A DNA stretch of 64,000 nt from Gemmatimonadota bacterium (GCA_040389905.1 JAZJZK010000012.1:158929-222928); one strand, 5' to 3'; shown: positions 9,228 to 19,894, counted from the first letter of the stretch. Program-made: numbers and translations. The notes: generated from the letters alone by a model not told the origin.

Positions 9228-10336
9228 CGAGTACCGCTGCGGAATTGTGGGACCGCGATGGCAATCAAGGTGCCGTCGCCCACCTTGCTCTCGATGTTAA
9301 GCGTCCCCTCATGCTCAGACTCGACGATCTTGATTGCGAGGGGAAGACCGACACCTGTACCCTGAGGCTTGCTCGAGCTGAACAGCGTGCGCGCATCAGC
9401 AAGCGCTTCGGGTATCATTCCGCAACCGCAATCGCGAACGCGAATAAGGATGGCGCCTTCGCATACTTCCGCGTCGATCTCGATCGGCCGACGGTCAATG
9501 AGTCCGCTGTACGCCTCAACAGCGTTGTGAAGCACATTCGATAACGCTTGGACAAATCGTGTTCGCGATACTACAAACTCAAGGGACGCGTCGACACGAT
9601 TCCTAATCTCCACCCGCATTGTCTCCGACACTCCGTCGGTCGTTCGAATCGCTTCGTCCAGGAGCCCGCGTACTCCTTCGCTCGAATACTCGAGATCAGG
9701 TAACGCTGCGTACTCGCGCATCGCATTGAGCACTGCATTCACTTGCTCAACGTCCTGTTCGACCCGACGGACCCTTTCAACCACGCGCGCGTCTGCCTCA
9801 GCGGCGAGAAGCTTGCGAAGTTCCTCGACTTCACGTTCCAGCGGCGTCAAGTACTTGATCACCTCATGGTACAGTTCGCGCGCGAACGTGTTCGTCATAT
9901 CGCTCGCCGCGCGATAGACCGCAGCGCGACCCTGCGCCCCGAAGCGTATGTAGATCGCCTCCAAGATGCCCTCAAGTCGCCGCTCGTGCTCACGACCGAG
10001 CAGGCCCGCCGCGCGCCAATCGCGCCGCCGTAAACTCGACGACTGCGCCGCCTGCTGTACCCGCGCATTCGCATCCGCTGCAAGGCGTGCAAGGAGCGCA
10101 TCCAAGCCAGCATGTCGACATTCTCCGGCCACGAGTGCGACCGCGCGCCGCACCTCCCATTTCTCGTGGGTGGCGAGGATCACAAGACTATCGACTATCG
10201 CTTGAGAATCGGCCGATCCGACGGGCTCGCGCTGTAGCCACACGCTGGCGGCGCGAATTCCCTGTTCGGTTTCCATCCAGGACACGGATCGAAGCCTCGC
10301 CAGAACCTCCTCGGCGCTTCCACGGTCAGTGACCAT
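9224..10336 (-). CDS. cytoplasmic histidine kinase with N-terminal HEAT-like repeats
   Basis: HEKWEVRRAVA and DANARVQQAA repeats; H-box ELYHEV; NVLHNAVEA, DCGCGM, LFSSSK, GTGVGL; no TM segment. Confidence 0.88.
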   Translation of the reverse strand: MVTDRGSAEEVLARLRSVSWMETEQGIRAASVWLQREPVGSADSQAIVDSLVILATHEKWEVRRAVALVAGECRHAGLDALLARLAADANARVQQAAQSSSLRRRDWRAAGLLGREHERRLEGILEAIYIRFGAQGRAAVYRAASDMTNTFARELYHEVIKYLTPLEREVEELRKLLAAEADARVVERVRRVEQDVEQVNAVLNAMREYAALPDLEYSSEGVRGLLDEAIRTTDGVSETMRVEIRNRVDASLEFVVSRTRFVQALSNVLHNAVEAYSGLIDRRPIEIDAEVCEGAILIRVRDCGCGMIPEALADARTLFSSSKPQGTGVGLPLAIKIVESEHEGTLNIESKVGDGTLIAIAVPQFRSGTR

Positions 10337-12200
10337 ACCTCTTCATGCGTTCGAGAAACGCCGAAGCACCGCCTTCGAGGATGCGCTCTACAGCTTCCTT
10401 GCATTCATCGACTGTACCGACCTCGGCCACTCTTGCTTGCTGTCCGTCCGAGTCGAACACAAAGATGCGATCAGCGTCACCAAGAACGGGAATGTTCGGG
10501 TTGTGCGTCACGAACACCACTTGGCGCGTCAATTTCACGGCTTTTAGTGCGCCAACCACGGTGTCGAACACGAACGCATTGTCGAGATTGTCCTCTGGTT
10601 GGTCAATCAGCAGAGGGCGATCGCTCTGCCTGAGAAGGATTGGAAGGACCACTGTACAGCGCTGACCCGTCGAGAGGTGGGACGATTCCTTGTACGTCTC
10701 ACCGTCGCGCAGTTCAATACACGGAACGTCCCCGAGGTCAATGGTTTGAAGATCGTACGCGGAGCCGCTTTCTCGGAGCGTGTCGATAATGCGTCGAGCA
10801 CGTTCGGCGTCAATGCCCGCGCGCTCGGCCAGTTCCTCCGTTGCTTCGGCAAACACGAGCGCTGCGAGTTCGGTGGGCAGCAGAGCAGTCACCAGTCTGT
10901 CAGCTGCTAACCCCTGTTTCATGCGCTGCCCTTTCAACTGTTCGGCAACGAATGCGCGATAGGCATCGAGGTTGGCCGTTTGTCGGATGGACACGCGTAG
11001 CGAAGGAACGTCGGCCGACAGTTGTGCCGCAATCGCCCTGCGACGATTGTACCGTTCGTCACGCGCCTCTGACAAACGGGCGAGCAGTTCGGAGCGAGCA
11101 TTAATCGCAGCATCTCGCACCGCTGTTCGGCCATTTAGCTCGCGCACGGCGGCCTGTGCCGTGGCCAACGCCGCCTGCAGTACGCCGCGTTCTCGTGCTT
11201 GCTCTGCATGCTCCTGCGATTCCGCAAGGATGGCAGCGTACTCTGCCTCTTGTGCCACATGCTGATTCGTCAGGAGTTGACGCTGTTCGTCGATTGTCCG
11301 TTCCAGCTGGGCAGCCGCAGTCGCCGCAGTATCGGCCGCACCACGCAACGCTTCCGCGAACATCTCAATATTTCGCTGAAAGGCGGCTACCAATGCTGCA
11401 TTCTCACCGACGAGCAGGTCATCATCAAAGGCAGCATTCGCCGTGTCGCGAAATGTTGTCTCTAGAGCGGTGATATCTCGTGTCGCCCGCTGAACAGCTA
11501 CGAGCCCAACTTCCGCTATACGCTCCTCGCGAATCCGCCTCGCCTTTGCTGTATGCGCGCGTGTCAGTCGCTCGCCGTCCGGACCATCCGGCTGCGTCAG
11601 ACCCCGAAGACGCTCTTCAATCCCCGCCACTTCCGCGGCCCGCGCACGTAATCCATAAATCTCGTCGTCCAAATGCAGCAATTGGGCGGCGGAAGCCTCC
11701 AGAGCTCGTCCGAGTTCTTCGAGTTCGCGAGCTAGTCGACGGTTTGCCGATTCATCGAAGCGGTCAAGCAATTGAAGCTGCGCTTCCGCGTTCGACGCGA
11801 TCTCTTCGATTTCATTTTGGCTAAACACGTCTGCGCTGAAGATTTCGTCGCGGTCGAGAGAGATAGGCACGATTTCGCCGAGCGCGCTCCGGACGGTAAT
11901 GCTATCGCCCTTTCCGCGTTCTGCGGAGTAGGAGATTCCTGCTTTGGTGTTGACGTCGATCGTCAGGCGACCGGAAGCCAAATTGCCATCTACGAGAGAC
12001 TCTAGGGCGCGCCGACGTTGCGGGTGGATCTTCTGATCAGGTAGTAGGCCCAGCGCGAACCTAAGAAACTCCAGGGCAGTCGTCTTGCCGGTGCCCCTTC
12101 CGCCGATAAAGCAGTTGAGACCGTCAGACAGATGTAGGTCCGCACCAGCGAGGAAGCCGCCGGCCACGCGCAAGCGGGTAATTCTATGATGTGAGGTCAT
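10326..12200 (-). CDS. SMC/RecN-like coiled-coil ABC ATPase (TrlF/Ppl-ATPase-like)
   Basis: GGRGTGKT, FSQNEIE, long coiled coil, LSTGQ, LLIDQPEDNLD, VTHN, ILEGG. Confidence 0.88.
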   Translation of the reverse strand: MTSHHRITRLRVAGGFLAGADLHLSDGLNCFIGGRGTGKTTALEFLRFALGLLPDQKIHPQRRRALESLVDGNLASGRLTIDVNTKAGISYSAERGKGDSITVRSALGEIVPISLDRDEIFSADVFSQNEIEEIASNAEAQLQLLDRFDESANRRLARELEELGRALEASAAQLLHLDDEIYGLRARAAEVAGIEERLRGLTQPDGPDGERLTRAHTAKARRIREERIAEVGLVAVQRATRDITALETTFRDTANAAFDDDLLVGENAALVAAFQRNIEMFAEALRGAADTAATAAAQLERTIDEQRQLLTNQHVAQEAEYAAILAESQEHAEQARERGVLQAALATAQAAVRELNGRTAVRDAAINARSELLARLSEARDERYNRRRAIAAQLSADVPSLRVSIRQTANLDAYRAFVAEQLKGQRMKQGLAADRLVTALLPTELAALVFAEATEELAERAGIDAERARRIIDTLRESGSAYDLQTIDLGDVPCIELRDGETYKESSHLSTGQRCTVVLPILLRQSDRPLLIDQPEDNLDNAFVFDTVVGALKAVKLTRQVVFVTHNPNIPVLGDADRIFVFDSDGQQARVAEVGTVDECKEAVERILEGGASAFLERMKRYGH

Positions 12201-12854
12201 CAAAATCACTGGCGTGGCGATCGGGGCTGATCATGCGAGGCACGCTAACCTACGCCAGCGAGCCGCGTTGGCAAGGAGATTCACCGCGTTCACGAGGCGC
12301 GCGACGTACCACGGTGGGTAACACGGAGACAGCGGACGGCGACAACCGAAGCAAGGTCCGCTCGCTGTTCGTGCGACTCCGTCAAACCGGGCAGCAGCAG
12401 ACCAACGACATCGACGGGCCGTTACTGGACAACCATCATGTTGAGGCAACACCACCCGAGTGGCCAGTTCGGTCACTGCGCAAGCGGTAGTATACGCATA
12501 AGCGCCAGCGTGCGCGCGCTTCGGTGAGCGGAGCGCCGCAGATAGCGACGTTGGATTTGCACCACGCGCTGGCGCCAAGCATTCTTGTCCTTCGCTCATA
12601 CCCGACGAATGATGCGCGGAACTGGACGGTGAACATGCAGCGGTCTAGCGGAAACGCCCACGAGATTCAGGACCAGCTGTTGGTTCTGGGCCTTCTGCGA
12701 TTGACTTCCCGGATCGCGAGTGCCCATCAATGAAGAAACCGATACTGACCTGGACAACAAACTCTTGCCGTTTTTCTTCTTGTTGGCATGCGGTCATTGT
12801 GCCGAAGCCCGTAGCGCCCACGAAGGGTGACTAATCCACCGGGGTGTGCAGCTT

Positions 12855-13094
12855 CTACGGCCGCTTCGCCTTCGTCGCATTGAGCACAGCACAGAGTGCG
12901 GTGGCTTGCACCTCCGCATCCTCCTGCGTACGCTCTGTCCGCGTGCCATAATACACACGATGGATGAACCGGCTGACACGGTGCTGAATATTGATTGATC
13001 GATTGGCGATGTCCGGCACGACGCGCCATGGCCCTTTGCCGGGAGTGGTACAATCGAGGCGCTTGAGGTCAGGAATAGTCGCTTTTGCGGCCAT
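12855..13094 (-). CDS. small hypothetical protein
   Basis: 79-aa ATG ORF with protein-like composition; no recognised motif. Confidence 0.3.
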   Translation of the reverse strand: MAAKATIPDLKRLDCTTPGKGPWRVVPDIANRSINIQHRVSRFIHRVYYGTRTERTQEDAEVQATALCAVLNATKAKRP

Positions 13095-13369
13095 TTGGAC
13101 AACGGGTTCGGGGGAAGACGCATCACTTAGCGAATCTTAAGCGGTCCGCACCGGTCGGAGCAATTCCGTACACAGGCCTATCCGCCCTCACTCTGGGTTC
13201 GATGCACCTTCAGTCTCATCCGATCACGATCGATCACAGTCAGCCAGAAGGAGGTCGTCGTCAGGCCCTGTCGTCGGCCGGCATACTCCGAGGGTGACGC
13301 CTGACAACTCATCAGACGCCTCGCGTGCGGGCCTACCGGACGTCACGATTTCACCCTCTGGCAAGATGG

Positions 13370-13585
13370 CTAGCACTCATGCGCCGCCGGAGCCTGCACT
13401 ACCGCCTTCCCGGCGGCCCTCTTTGCCCAGTAGCCCCTGCCGGGCAACGGGATGTTCAGCTTTCGGCAGTTCTTTGCCAAAGCGACGTCGGATATGCCGT
13501 ATCGCTGGGCGAGTATTTGCATCGGCTCCGACCAGACTTGCTCATACAATTCCTCTCGACTGACTCTTCCGGCAGTGGCGTGCAT
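13370..13585 (-). pseudogene. truncated island-associated HTH-like protein (N-terminal fragment)
   Basis: REELYEQVWSEPM...YGISDVALAKNCRKLNIPLPGRGYWAK is an N-terminus normally followed by a much longer protein; here it stops at about 71 aa. Confidence 0.55.
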
Positions 13586-13752
13586 GTCTCGGACGTTGCG
13601 GTTGAGGGCGCATTCGATCGCTGTCTGCGAGTTTCCTGACGTTTCTTCTCGGCTCCCAACTGCTTACTCACCAATAAGCCTGAACGCATCAGTCCATCGT
13701 CCTACACCGCTTTCGCACACAACCTCCTCAGGTCACCCGACTGCAGCAGGAG

Positions 13753-16296
13753 CTACCACCCGCCCTCGACTTCCACGACTGGCACCTGAAGAGCTGTTGC
13801 CACTGGCGTCCAGATGTCCACGTCCGCCGTATCCGTTTCGATGCCGATCACAAGTGCGTATCGTGCGCCGAACCGGCTTCGATCGCGCTTGGGCTGATCT
13901 TTCCACCATCCGGACACTGGATAAATGCCGATAACGCTCCGGTCGGCAAGTTCCTCCGCCGTCCCACTCCAGACGTCCGAGTGCAGCGACCCGCGGTTGC
14001 GAGCTTCCGGTCCGAGGCACCATTCGTCGGAATCACTGTCGACGGTGGGACGCTTCTCCTCCTCGGCAAGCGCTCGCTGATTGAGTCGCTTGGTGAAGTC
14101 GTCCTCGCTTTCGTTTGGAGAAATCACCGCATATCGAAGGCCATGCGATGCATACCGGTGGCGGCGCCGCCATCCGCGCTGGCCTGGATTCGGTTCGATG
14201 AAGTATGAGAGCGTCACTCGAAGACGAACGGCCGCGCCGCCCTGAGCCCCGACCTCACGCAATGCGTCTACTGGCCAAGGCAGACGGTGCATGTGCATTT
14301 CACGCATCTTACCGGCCACGAATGGGTGAATGACGCCCTCCGCGATCAAGGTAAGTGCGTCGTTCGCACTTCGCAGTGTGCGATCGAGACTGGGTACTCC
14401 GAAGCCATAGCGACGTACGAGCCGAGACCTTGCTCTCTTCGATTCACTGCCGTCGAAGCCTTCCTGCATTGCGGGCGTCCAGCGTGCACCATGAACTATG
14501 AGCGCCCGGATCGTTTCAGGCCAGAGCGCTGGGTACTCGGCTCGAGTGATGGTCGCTATTCTCGCCACCTGAACAGCAGCTGCACTCGTCGCGAAGGACA
14601 AACCGAGCGGTGTTGCCGGATCGGCGTGGGTCGACAGGAGACAAAGATCAGGTGTCGGGAAATCGATGTTGGTGCCGTCGGTCGCGACGTTTCCGCCTTC
14701 GAAGACGACGTCAGGTTTGATCGGCCAACCCTCCGCGAATGCAACTGACGTCGTGCTCCACGGAGAGAGATCGCCGGGTCTGGCCACAGGTGACCACGCG
14801 CTCCACGTTGGCTCAGTAATGAGCGCCTTTTCGGTGTATGCCCCGACGGCCAAGGCATTCCACGCTTGCGCTGGATCGTGCACGGGTTCGACGTCACTCC
14901 GCGCCAGGTGATCGGCGTCCAGATTCCTGACGTTCCCCGCGCTTATGACGAAGAGCCGTTCGGCGTTTTGCTCGGCATCGCCGACGTAGCGAAGCCCGTG
15001 ATCGGACGGATCGAAGCTGCGTCCCACGGCCATGGCATCAATCGCCGCAGACCAGGATGTTGGCTGGCCACGATCGCGCTGGTCTGCCGCCGTGATCGCG
15101 AGAGAGAAGACGCGTGGGCGCTCGGGCGATGTGATCTCCGGACGCGCTACAGCCTGCGCCGTGATTGCACCGTACAATTCCGGCACGTTCGCGCCGTGAG
15201 GTGGTAGGATCTTGACTGACTCCAGCCGATGCCTCACGAGAACCGGATCTCTGCTGGCGAATATGGGCGCGAGATCGCCGAAAACAGCCAAGCCGGCCAT
15301 CTCCGTGCCGTGGCCTTTACTACCTTCTCCGCCGCCGTCGTCATGCGACCCCCATCCGACGTTCACGGCGGTGGCGTCCTCTGATGAGAGAAACTGCTCG
15401 AGAAGGGGATGCCCGCGATTTACCCCGGTATCGAGCAGGCAGATTGCGGGCGCGTCTGCCGGCGGAAAGACAGCGCGGGCAAGTAAGTCCCCAATCCATT
15501 CAACTTGCTCGGTCGCAGGTGTGCCTATGAACGGCGCGGCCGACTGTTTTGCTCGTCGCAGCTCGGCAAGATCATGCAGAACATCGAGGGAACCTGCCAG
15601 CTCACTCGACGTCGCGTGCACGAGGATCACCAAGCGGTCATCAAAGGCAAGGCGGCTATCGGCGATTTGAATGCTCGTCGCATCGGCGAACGAAAGAAAC
15701 CGTTCGAGTTCGCGCCCCTCGTCACGGCGCAGCCAGACTTCCCACCAGATCGACTCGCCATCCGCCGGGAAGCTGGTTGCCTCTTCCGTCCACAGAGCCC
15801 TCAGCGTTGCCCGTCGGAGCGCAGCGATGCGGTCCACCATCTCCTTGTGTTTTGGCTCGCCCTTCTGTGTGACCTTCGTTGCGTATTCCTCGAATCGAGA
15901 AAAGAAATGCTTCAGCGCCCCGTCAGGAACAAAAACGGTGGCATACTGAACCGCCGGTTCACTCTCTGCGGTTCGGACCCTTTGCACCGTGAGCAGTTCG
16001 ATTCCGAGACGTTTGTTCTCGAGTGATTCCAGTTTCAGCTCCTCGCCTGAGAGACTTTCGAACTGGATGTACAACCCAGGCACGGCCCCCTGGACATTCA
16101 CTCCCGCAACAGTTCGCTCTGCTTCGGCGTCACCCACTGCTCCACCCAGAGCAGCCCCCAATGCCTCCGCGTGCGCGACGCGGTCCGCTGGGCGGTCAAA
16201 CTGCCGAGCCTTCACCGTGCGCGGATGTGGGCTGAACGGCTGCGCCTCGGGAGGCGCGCTCACGACCAGATGCTTGCGATTCCTCGGAGCCGGCAT
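13753..16296 (-). CDS. ietS: S8 family serine peptidase (IetS-like)
   Basis: LLDTGVN, HGTEMAG, ISAGN, IKPDVVFEGGN, ATSAAA, WPETIRALIVH. Confidence 0.88.
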   Translation of the reverse strand: MPAPRNRKHLVVSAPPEAQPFSPHPRTVKARQFDRPADRVAHAEALGAALGGAVGDAEAERTVAGVNVQGAVPGLYIQFESLSGEELKLESLENKRLGIELLTVQRVRTAESEPAVQYATVFVPDGALKHFFSRFEEYATKVTQKGEPKHKEMVDRIAALRRATLRALWTEEATSFPADGESIWWEVWLRRDEGRELERFLSFADATSIQIADSRLAFDDRLVILVHATSSELAGSLDVLHDLAELRRAKQSAAPFIGTPATEQVEWIGDLLARAVFPPADAPAICLLDTGVNRGHPLLEQFLSSEDATAVNVGWGSHDDGGGEGSKGHGTEMAGLAVFGDLAPIFASRDPVLVRHRLESVKILPPHGANVPELYGAITAQAVARPEITSPERPRVFSLAITAADQRDRGQPTSWSAAIDAMAVGRSFDPSDHGLRYVGDAEQNAERLFVISAGNVRNLDADHLARSDVEPVHDPAQAWNALAVGAYTEKALITEPTWSAWSPVARPGDLSPWSTTSVAFAEGWPIKPDVVFEGGNVATDGTNIDFPTPDLCLLSTHADPATPLGLSFATSAAAVQVARIATITRAEYPALWPETIRALIVHGARWTPAMQEGFDGSESKRARSRLVRRYGFGVPSLDRTLRSANDALTLIAEGVIHPFVAGKMREMHMHRLPWPVDALREVGAQGGAAVRLRVTLSYFIEPNPGQRGWRRRHRYASHGLRYAVISPNESEDDFTKRLNQRALAEEEKRPTVDSDSDEWCLGPEARNRGSLHSDVWSGTAEELADRSVIGIYPVSGWWKDQPKRDRSRFGARYALVIGIETDTADVDIWTPVATALQVPVVEVEGGW

Positions 16297-16308
16297 GGTC
16301 CTCGGGAC

Positions 16309-17298
16309 TTACTTCGAGTGACTCGCGCGCCGATCCTCGAGAGCCGCGACCAATTCCCCAGTTCGCACCTCGCGACGGTGAGCGAGGATGGCATGCTTTG
16401 CCGCTTGCTGCGCTGCCCTTGCCAGCTCCGCGTGGCTTAGTCCTTCAACAACCGCGGATACCTTCGCCCAGCCAACCTTCGACGTGTCGAGCAGCGCCAG
16501 CCTGCCGCGTAGAACCTCCACCGCCTCCTCAGTCGTCGGAAGTCCATACTTGATAACCGAATCGAATCGTCTCAGCAGGGCACGGTCAAGCAGGTCCGGA
16601 TGGTTCGTAGCAGCAACGACGAGACTGTCAGACTCATCCAGCTCCATGAACTGGAGGAACGAGTTCAACACTCGCCGAATCTCGCCAACTTCATTCTTCG
16701 CGCTGCGCTCCGCGCCAAGCGCGTCGAACTCGTCGAACAGGTAGACGGCGCGCGACTCACGGATCGTGTCGAAAATCAAACGAAGTTTGGCAGCCGTCTC
16801 GCCAAGATATTTCGTGATCAACCCGTCGAGCTGAATGGCGAAGAGAGGAAGGCCGAGCTCGCCCGCCAAGACCGCCGCCGTCATCGTCTTTCCGGTCCCC
16901 GGCGGACCAATCAGCAACAGCTTCCTCAGAGGCGAGAATCCATGCTCCCGAATCTGTGTTCGTCCGCGCTGTTCAACGAGGACGTGTTCGAGCCGGGCAC
17001 GCACGTCCTCTCGAAGCGTCATGTCAGTAAGGCGCGCTTGGGGAAAGCTCGCGGAAAGCAGCCCGACGAGTTCGCCGCGAGGCTGAACGATCGGGACCGC
17101 GCGAGACTTCTGTCCGGCGCGCGCCGTATCGCGCCGTTGCTTCGCCTCGTCTACGAGGTCGCGAAGCTCCTGCGCGAATTTCGTCTGGCCCAGCCGGGCA
17201 GCGCGAGCGGCGACCTGCATGGCGATGGCGTAGAAACGCTCGTCATCGCCTTCTGCGTGTGTGCGGACGAGTGCCTTGAACTGATCTGCTTTGGCCAT
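16309..17298 (-). CDS. ietA: AAA ATPase (IetA-like)
   Basis: GPPGTGKT, YLFDEFDA, AATNH, LDRALLRRFD; directly upstream of the S8 peptidase; start placed at MAKADQ. Confidence 0.88.
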   Translation of the reverse strand: MAKADQFKALVRTHAEGDDERFYAIAMQVAARAARLGQTKFAQELRDLVDEAKQRRDTARAGQKSRAVPIVQPRGELVGLLSASFPQARLTDMTLREDVRARLEHVLVEQRGRTQIREHGFSPLRKLLLIGPPGTGKTMTAAVLAGELGLPLFAIQLDGLITKYLGETAAKLRLIFDTIRESRAVYLFDEFDALGAERSAKNEVGEIRRVLNSFLQFMELDESDSLVVAATNHPDLLDRALLRRFDSVIKYGLPTTEEAVEVLRGRLALLDTSKVGWAKVSAVVEGLSHAELARAAQQAAKHAILAHRREVRTGELVAALEDRRASHSK

Positions 17299-17440
17299 GT
17301 CAGACGCATGATCAAGGGTTGTGCGCCGATTCTCTGCGCGCTCGTGGCGCCTCCGTTTCAAGCTGAATCTACAGCGCGCGACTCGGCACTGTCGAGTCTC
17401 GTAGATTGCGGCGACGACTGGCTCCACGGAAGGGATCGAA

Positions 17441-17509
17441 AATAGACTCGCCCGTAGCTGTTTCCGGCCCGTAGAGCATAGACGTGACTGTAGCGGGGCT
17501 GTGCTCGCC
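17441..17509. repeat. about 70-bp diverged repeat, copy 1 (copy 2 at 22190-22258)
   Basis: AATAG-ACTCGCCCGTAGCTGT...AGCATAG...GGGCTGTGCTCGCC shared by both copies. Confidence 0.75.
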
Positions 17510-17739
17510 GTCACGAAGGGCGCCGCAGGGACAATCTGCTCGGCGTGCTGCTGCCGCCTCTTCGGGGCTCCGTCGACGGAGACGAACGACGCGAGAGTCG
17601 TAATCCGGCGTGCTGCTGCCGCCGAGCGTTTGACCATTACCGACGAGCAGGCCGTCGATTGGAAAGTTGAGAAAGCTCGCTCCGGCCGACCCACGATAGC
17701 CGCTACTCCAACTACTGCATCGCGTATCTTGATAAGACC

Positions 17740-19686
17740 ATGGGATCCCTCGACGACCTCCCGCAGCGCGGTGTAACGCACGAGACGGCGGAAGCCGCTG
17801 AACGCGCGTTTGCGAACGCAGTCGCGGACGCCCTGCTATTTGTCCATCAAGGCTGCGACCGGCACGACTACGGGAGCGATGCGGTCATAGAAGCGGTACG
17901 CGAAGGAGCCGTCACGAATCTTCGCATTCACGCGCAGCTCAAAGGCACCACGGCGACGGCTAACAGCGACGGCTCGGTCAGTGTCTCGGTAGCGCGAACG
18001 ACTCTGAACTATCTCCTCAATCAGCCCTCGTCGCTTTTCGTCTGCTACCACGTGCCCAGCGGCCGCTTGCTCGCGCGATACGCCGAGGACGTGTACGCGG
18101 AGTATGCACATCGCGACGAGGATTGGCTCGCCCAGGACTCAATTACCGTTCGCTTCCACGCGTCGTTCGATCGAGAGTTTCAACATCTGCTGCATCGCCG
18201 TCTACTGGCAGCAGGAGAAGGACACCGGGAGACACGGCTCGACTGGATCGCAAGTCCACCAGGATACGCGGCGGAGCTCGTGCGGCAGACGCCGCGTATC
18301 ATCGACGTCCCAGCTGATCCCGATCGAGCGCAACTGATCTTGGCCGCGCTGTACGAAGCAGGCGAAGACGATGTGATTTCTGCTTCCTTCGCGGCTTTCG
18401 CTGCCGTTTTGGATGGGGTGGAGGGCGCCTTGGATGCCGCCTACATGGCGGAAATTAACCGCGGCCTGAATCACGCTGCCTTCGACAAGCAACGTGTGCG
18501 TCGAGGTATCGAGGTGCTACGGACTGCCGCCACATCGCGGCGAATCGAACCACTATCTGCAGGATACTGTGAAGCGAACGCGAGGCTGGCGCTAGGCGAG
18601 CATGCACTTGCCATCGAGGGATACAGCGGCATTCTCCCACAACTTGAACAGCTCAACGCGCATATCGCGGCGATGTGTGCCAAGAATCTTGGCAGCGCGT
18701 ACGAAGCGCTCGGTGATGTCTCCTCGGCACATCAGTTCTATGCACGAGCGGTGGAACTCGATTCAGAGCTCGGTGAAGCACATTTCGCGCTAGCGATGTG
18801 TGCACGGCGCGATGGCGACATCCAGATGGCCTTGTCGCATTTGGATAGAGTGGCGCCCTCCCCGCGCTCCGCTATCCGTATGCCGAGTGTCAGCGGCTGG
18901 CGTATCGCACTCCTATTTCAAACCGGAGATTACAACGCGGCCTTCCGCGACATCAGCACTCTCCGTGACCAAGCGCGTTCAGCGCGGTGGATATGGCCCT
19001 GGTGCGCTAGGCAAGTGGCAATTTACGGCCGAGCAACCGTTGATTCGACGAAGCTCGCACTCCGCTTTTGGAACGGGTATCTGGAGGAGCATCCCGACGT
19101 TGCTCCGGCTAAGCGCGAACGGTTGCTGTGCCTCGCGCGACTCGACCGCCATAGTGTTGCGACTCGCGTTTCGTTTGACGCGTTCGTTGCCGAGGTGTCG
19201 GAGGTGGCTGCCGCTGGTGACTCCCAGGCGGCTTTGCTGTGGGATGTTGCCGGACACTGGGCCCAGCGTGAAGGAAGGTGGGACGACGCGGAGGCAGCGT
19301 TCAGGCGCGCTCACGAGTTGGATAGTTCGCGATTCGCGTACTGTCTTGCTACCGCGCTCAACTTCCTAGATCGCTATGATGAAGCATTGCGTGTTCTCAA
19401 CGCGTTGCCCTTGGTCGACATGGATGCGCAGGCCTGGTTTCAGCTCGCTGTCGCTCGCGACGGGATTGGCAACTTAGAGGGCGCCATAGCAGCCTACCGT
19501 TTAGCAATCGGACTTGAGCCGGCGTATGCTCTCGCCTGGTTCAATTTGGGCGGGGTCCTTTTCAACGCTGGAGACTTGGTAAGCGCTCGCGAGATCTGGA
19601 CCGACGCATTGAATCGGTTCCCGGAGCATGAACTGGCGGCCACGATCCGCAATGAGTTCGCGTTTGTTGTCGGTGACGGTCACTAA
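17740..19686 (+). CDS. DUF4365 (PD-(D/E)XK-like) domain + TPR protein
   Basis: HDYGSDAVIE...AQLKGT N-terminus; multiple TPRs (AKNLGSAYEALG, AWFNLGGVL). Confidence 0.8.
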   Translation: MGSLDDLPQRGVTHETAEAAERAFANAVADALLFVHQGCDRHDYGSDAVIEAVREGAVTNLRIHAQLKGTTATANSDGSVSVSVARTTLNYLLNQPSSLFVCYHVPSGRLLARYAEDVYAEYAHRDEDWLAQDSITVRFHASFDREFQHLLHRRLLAAGEGHRETRLDWIASPPGYAAELVRQTPRIIDVPADPDRAQLILAALYEAGEDDVISASFAAFAAVLDGVEGALDAAYMAEINRGLNHAAFDKQRVRRGIEVLRTAATSRRIEPLSAGYCEANARLALGEHALAIEGYSGILPQLEQLNAHIAAMCAKNLGSAYEALGDVSSAHQFYARAVELDSELGEAHFALAMCARRDGDIQMALSHLDRVAPSPRSAIRMPSVSGWRIALLFQTGDYNAAFRDISTLRDQARSARWIWPWCARQVAIYGRATVDSTKLALRFWNGYLEEHPDVAPAKRERLLCLARLDRHSVATRVSFDAFVAEVSEVAAAGDSQAALLWDVAGHWAQREGRWDDAEAAFRRAHELDSSRFAYCLATALNFLDRYDEALRVLNALPLVDMDAQAWFQLAVARDGIGNLEGAIAAYRLAIGLEPAYALAWFNLGGVLFNAGDLVSAREIWTDALNRFPEHELAATIRNEFAFVVGDGH

Positions 19687-19894
19687 CCGCACAGTGGATA
19701 CGGAGCCTTCTACGATGAACAAGTGAGGTAGTTCCCGCCCAAGCTGCGAGGATGCTGACGAGGAAGACGGCGAGAGCGGAGCGCATGGATGTTGAAGGGG
19801 AGTGATGTCCCTACGACCATGCGATTGCGGAATGGGTTGAGACTCGGCCCGGAGCGCAAATGTGTACCTACAGGTCCGCAGCCAGGTTTCGGGG

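Noticed and set aside
12210..12850. Several short ORFs upstream of the ABC ATPase
   Set aside because: No motifs, RBS or consistent strand; probably decayed sequence
17541..17623. 18-bp direct repeat as a mini-CRISPR
   Set aside because: Only two short non-palindromic copies
17299..17781. 161-aa N-terminal extension of the IetA-like ATPase
   Set aside because: The family-like sequence starts at MAKADQ; the extension crosses a repeat-containing intergenic region and overlaps the divergent gene
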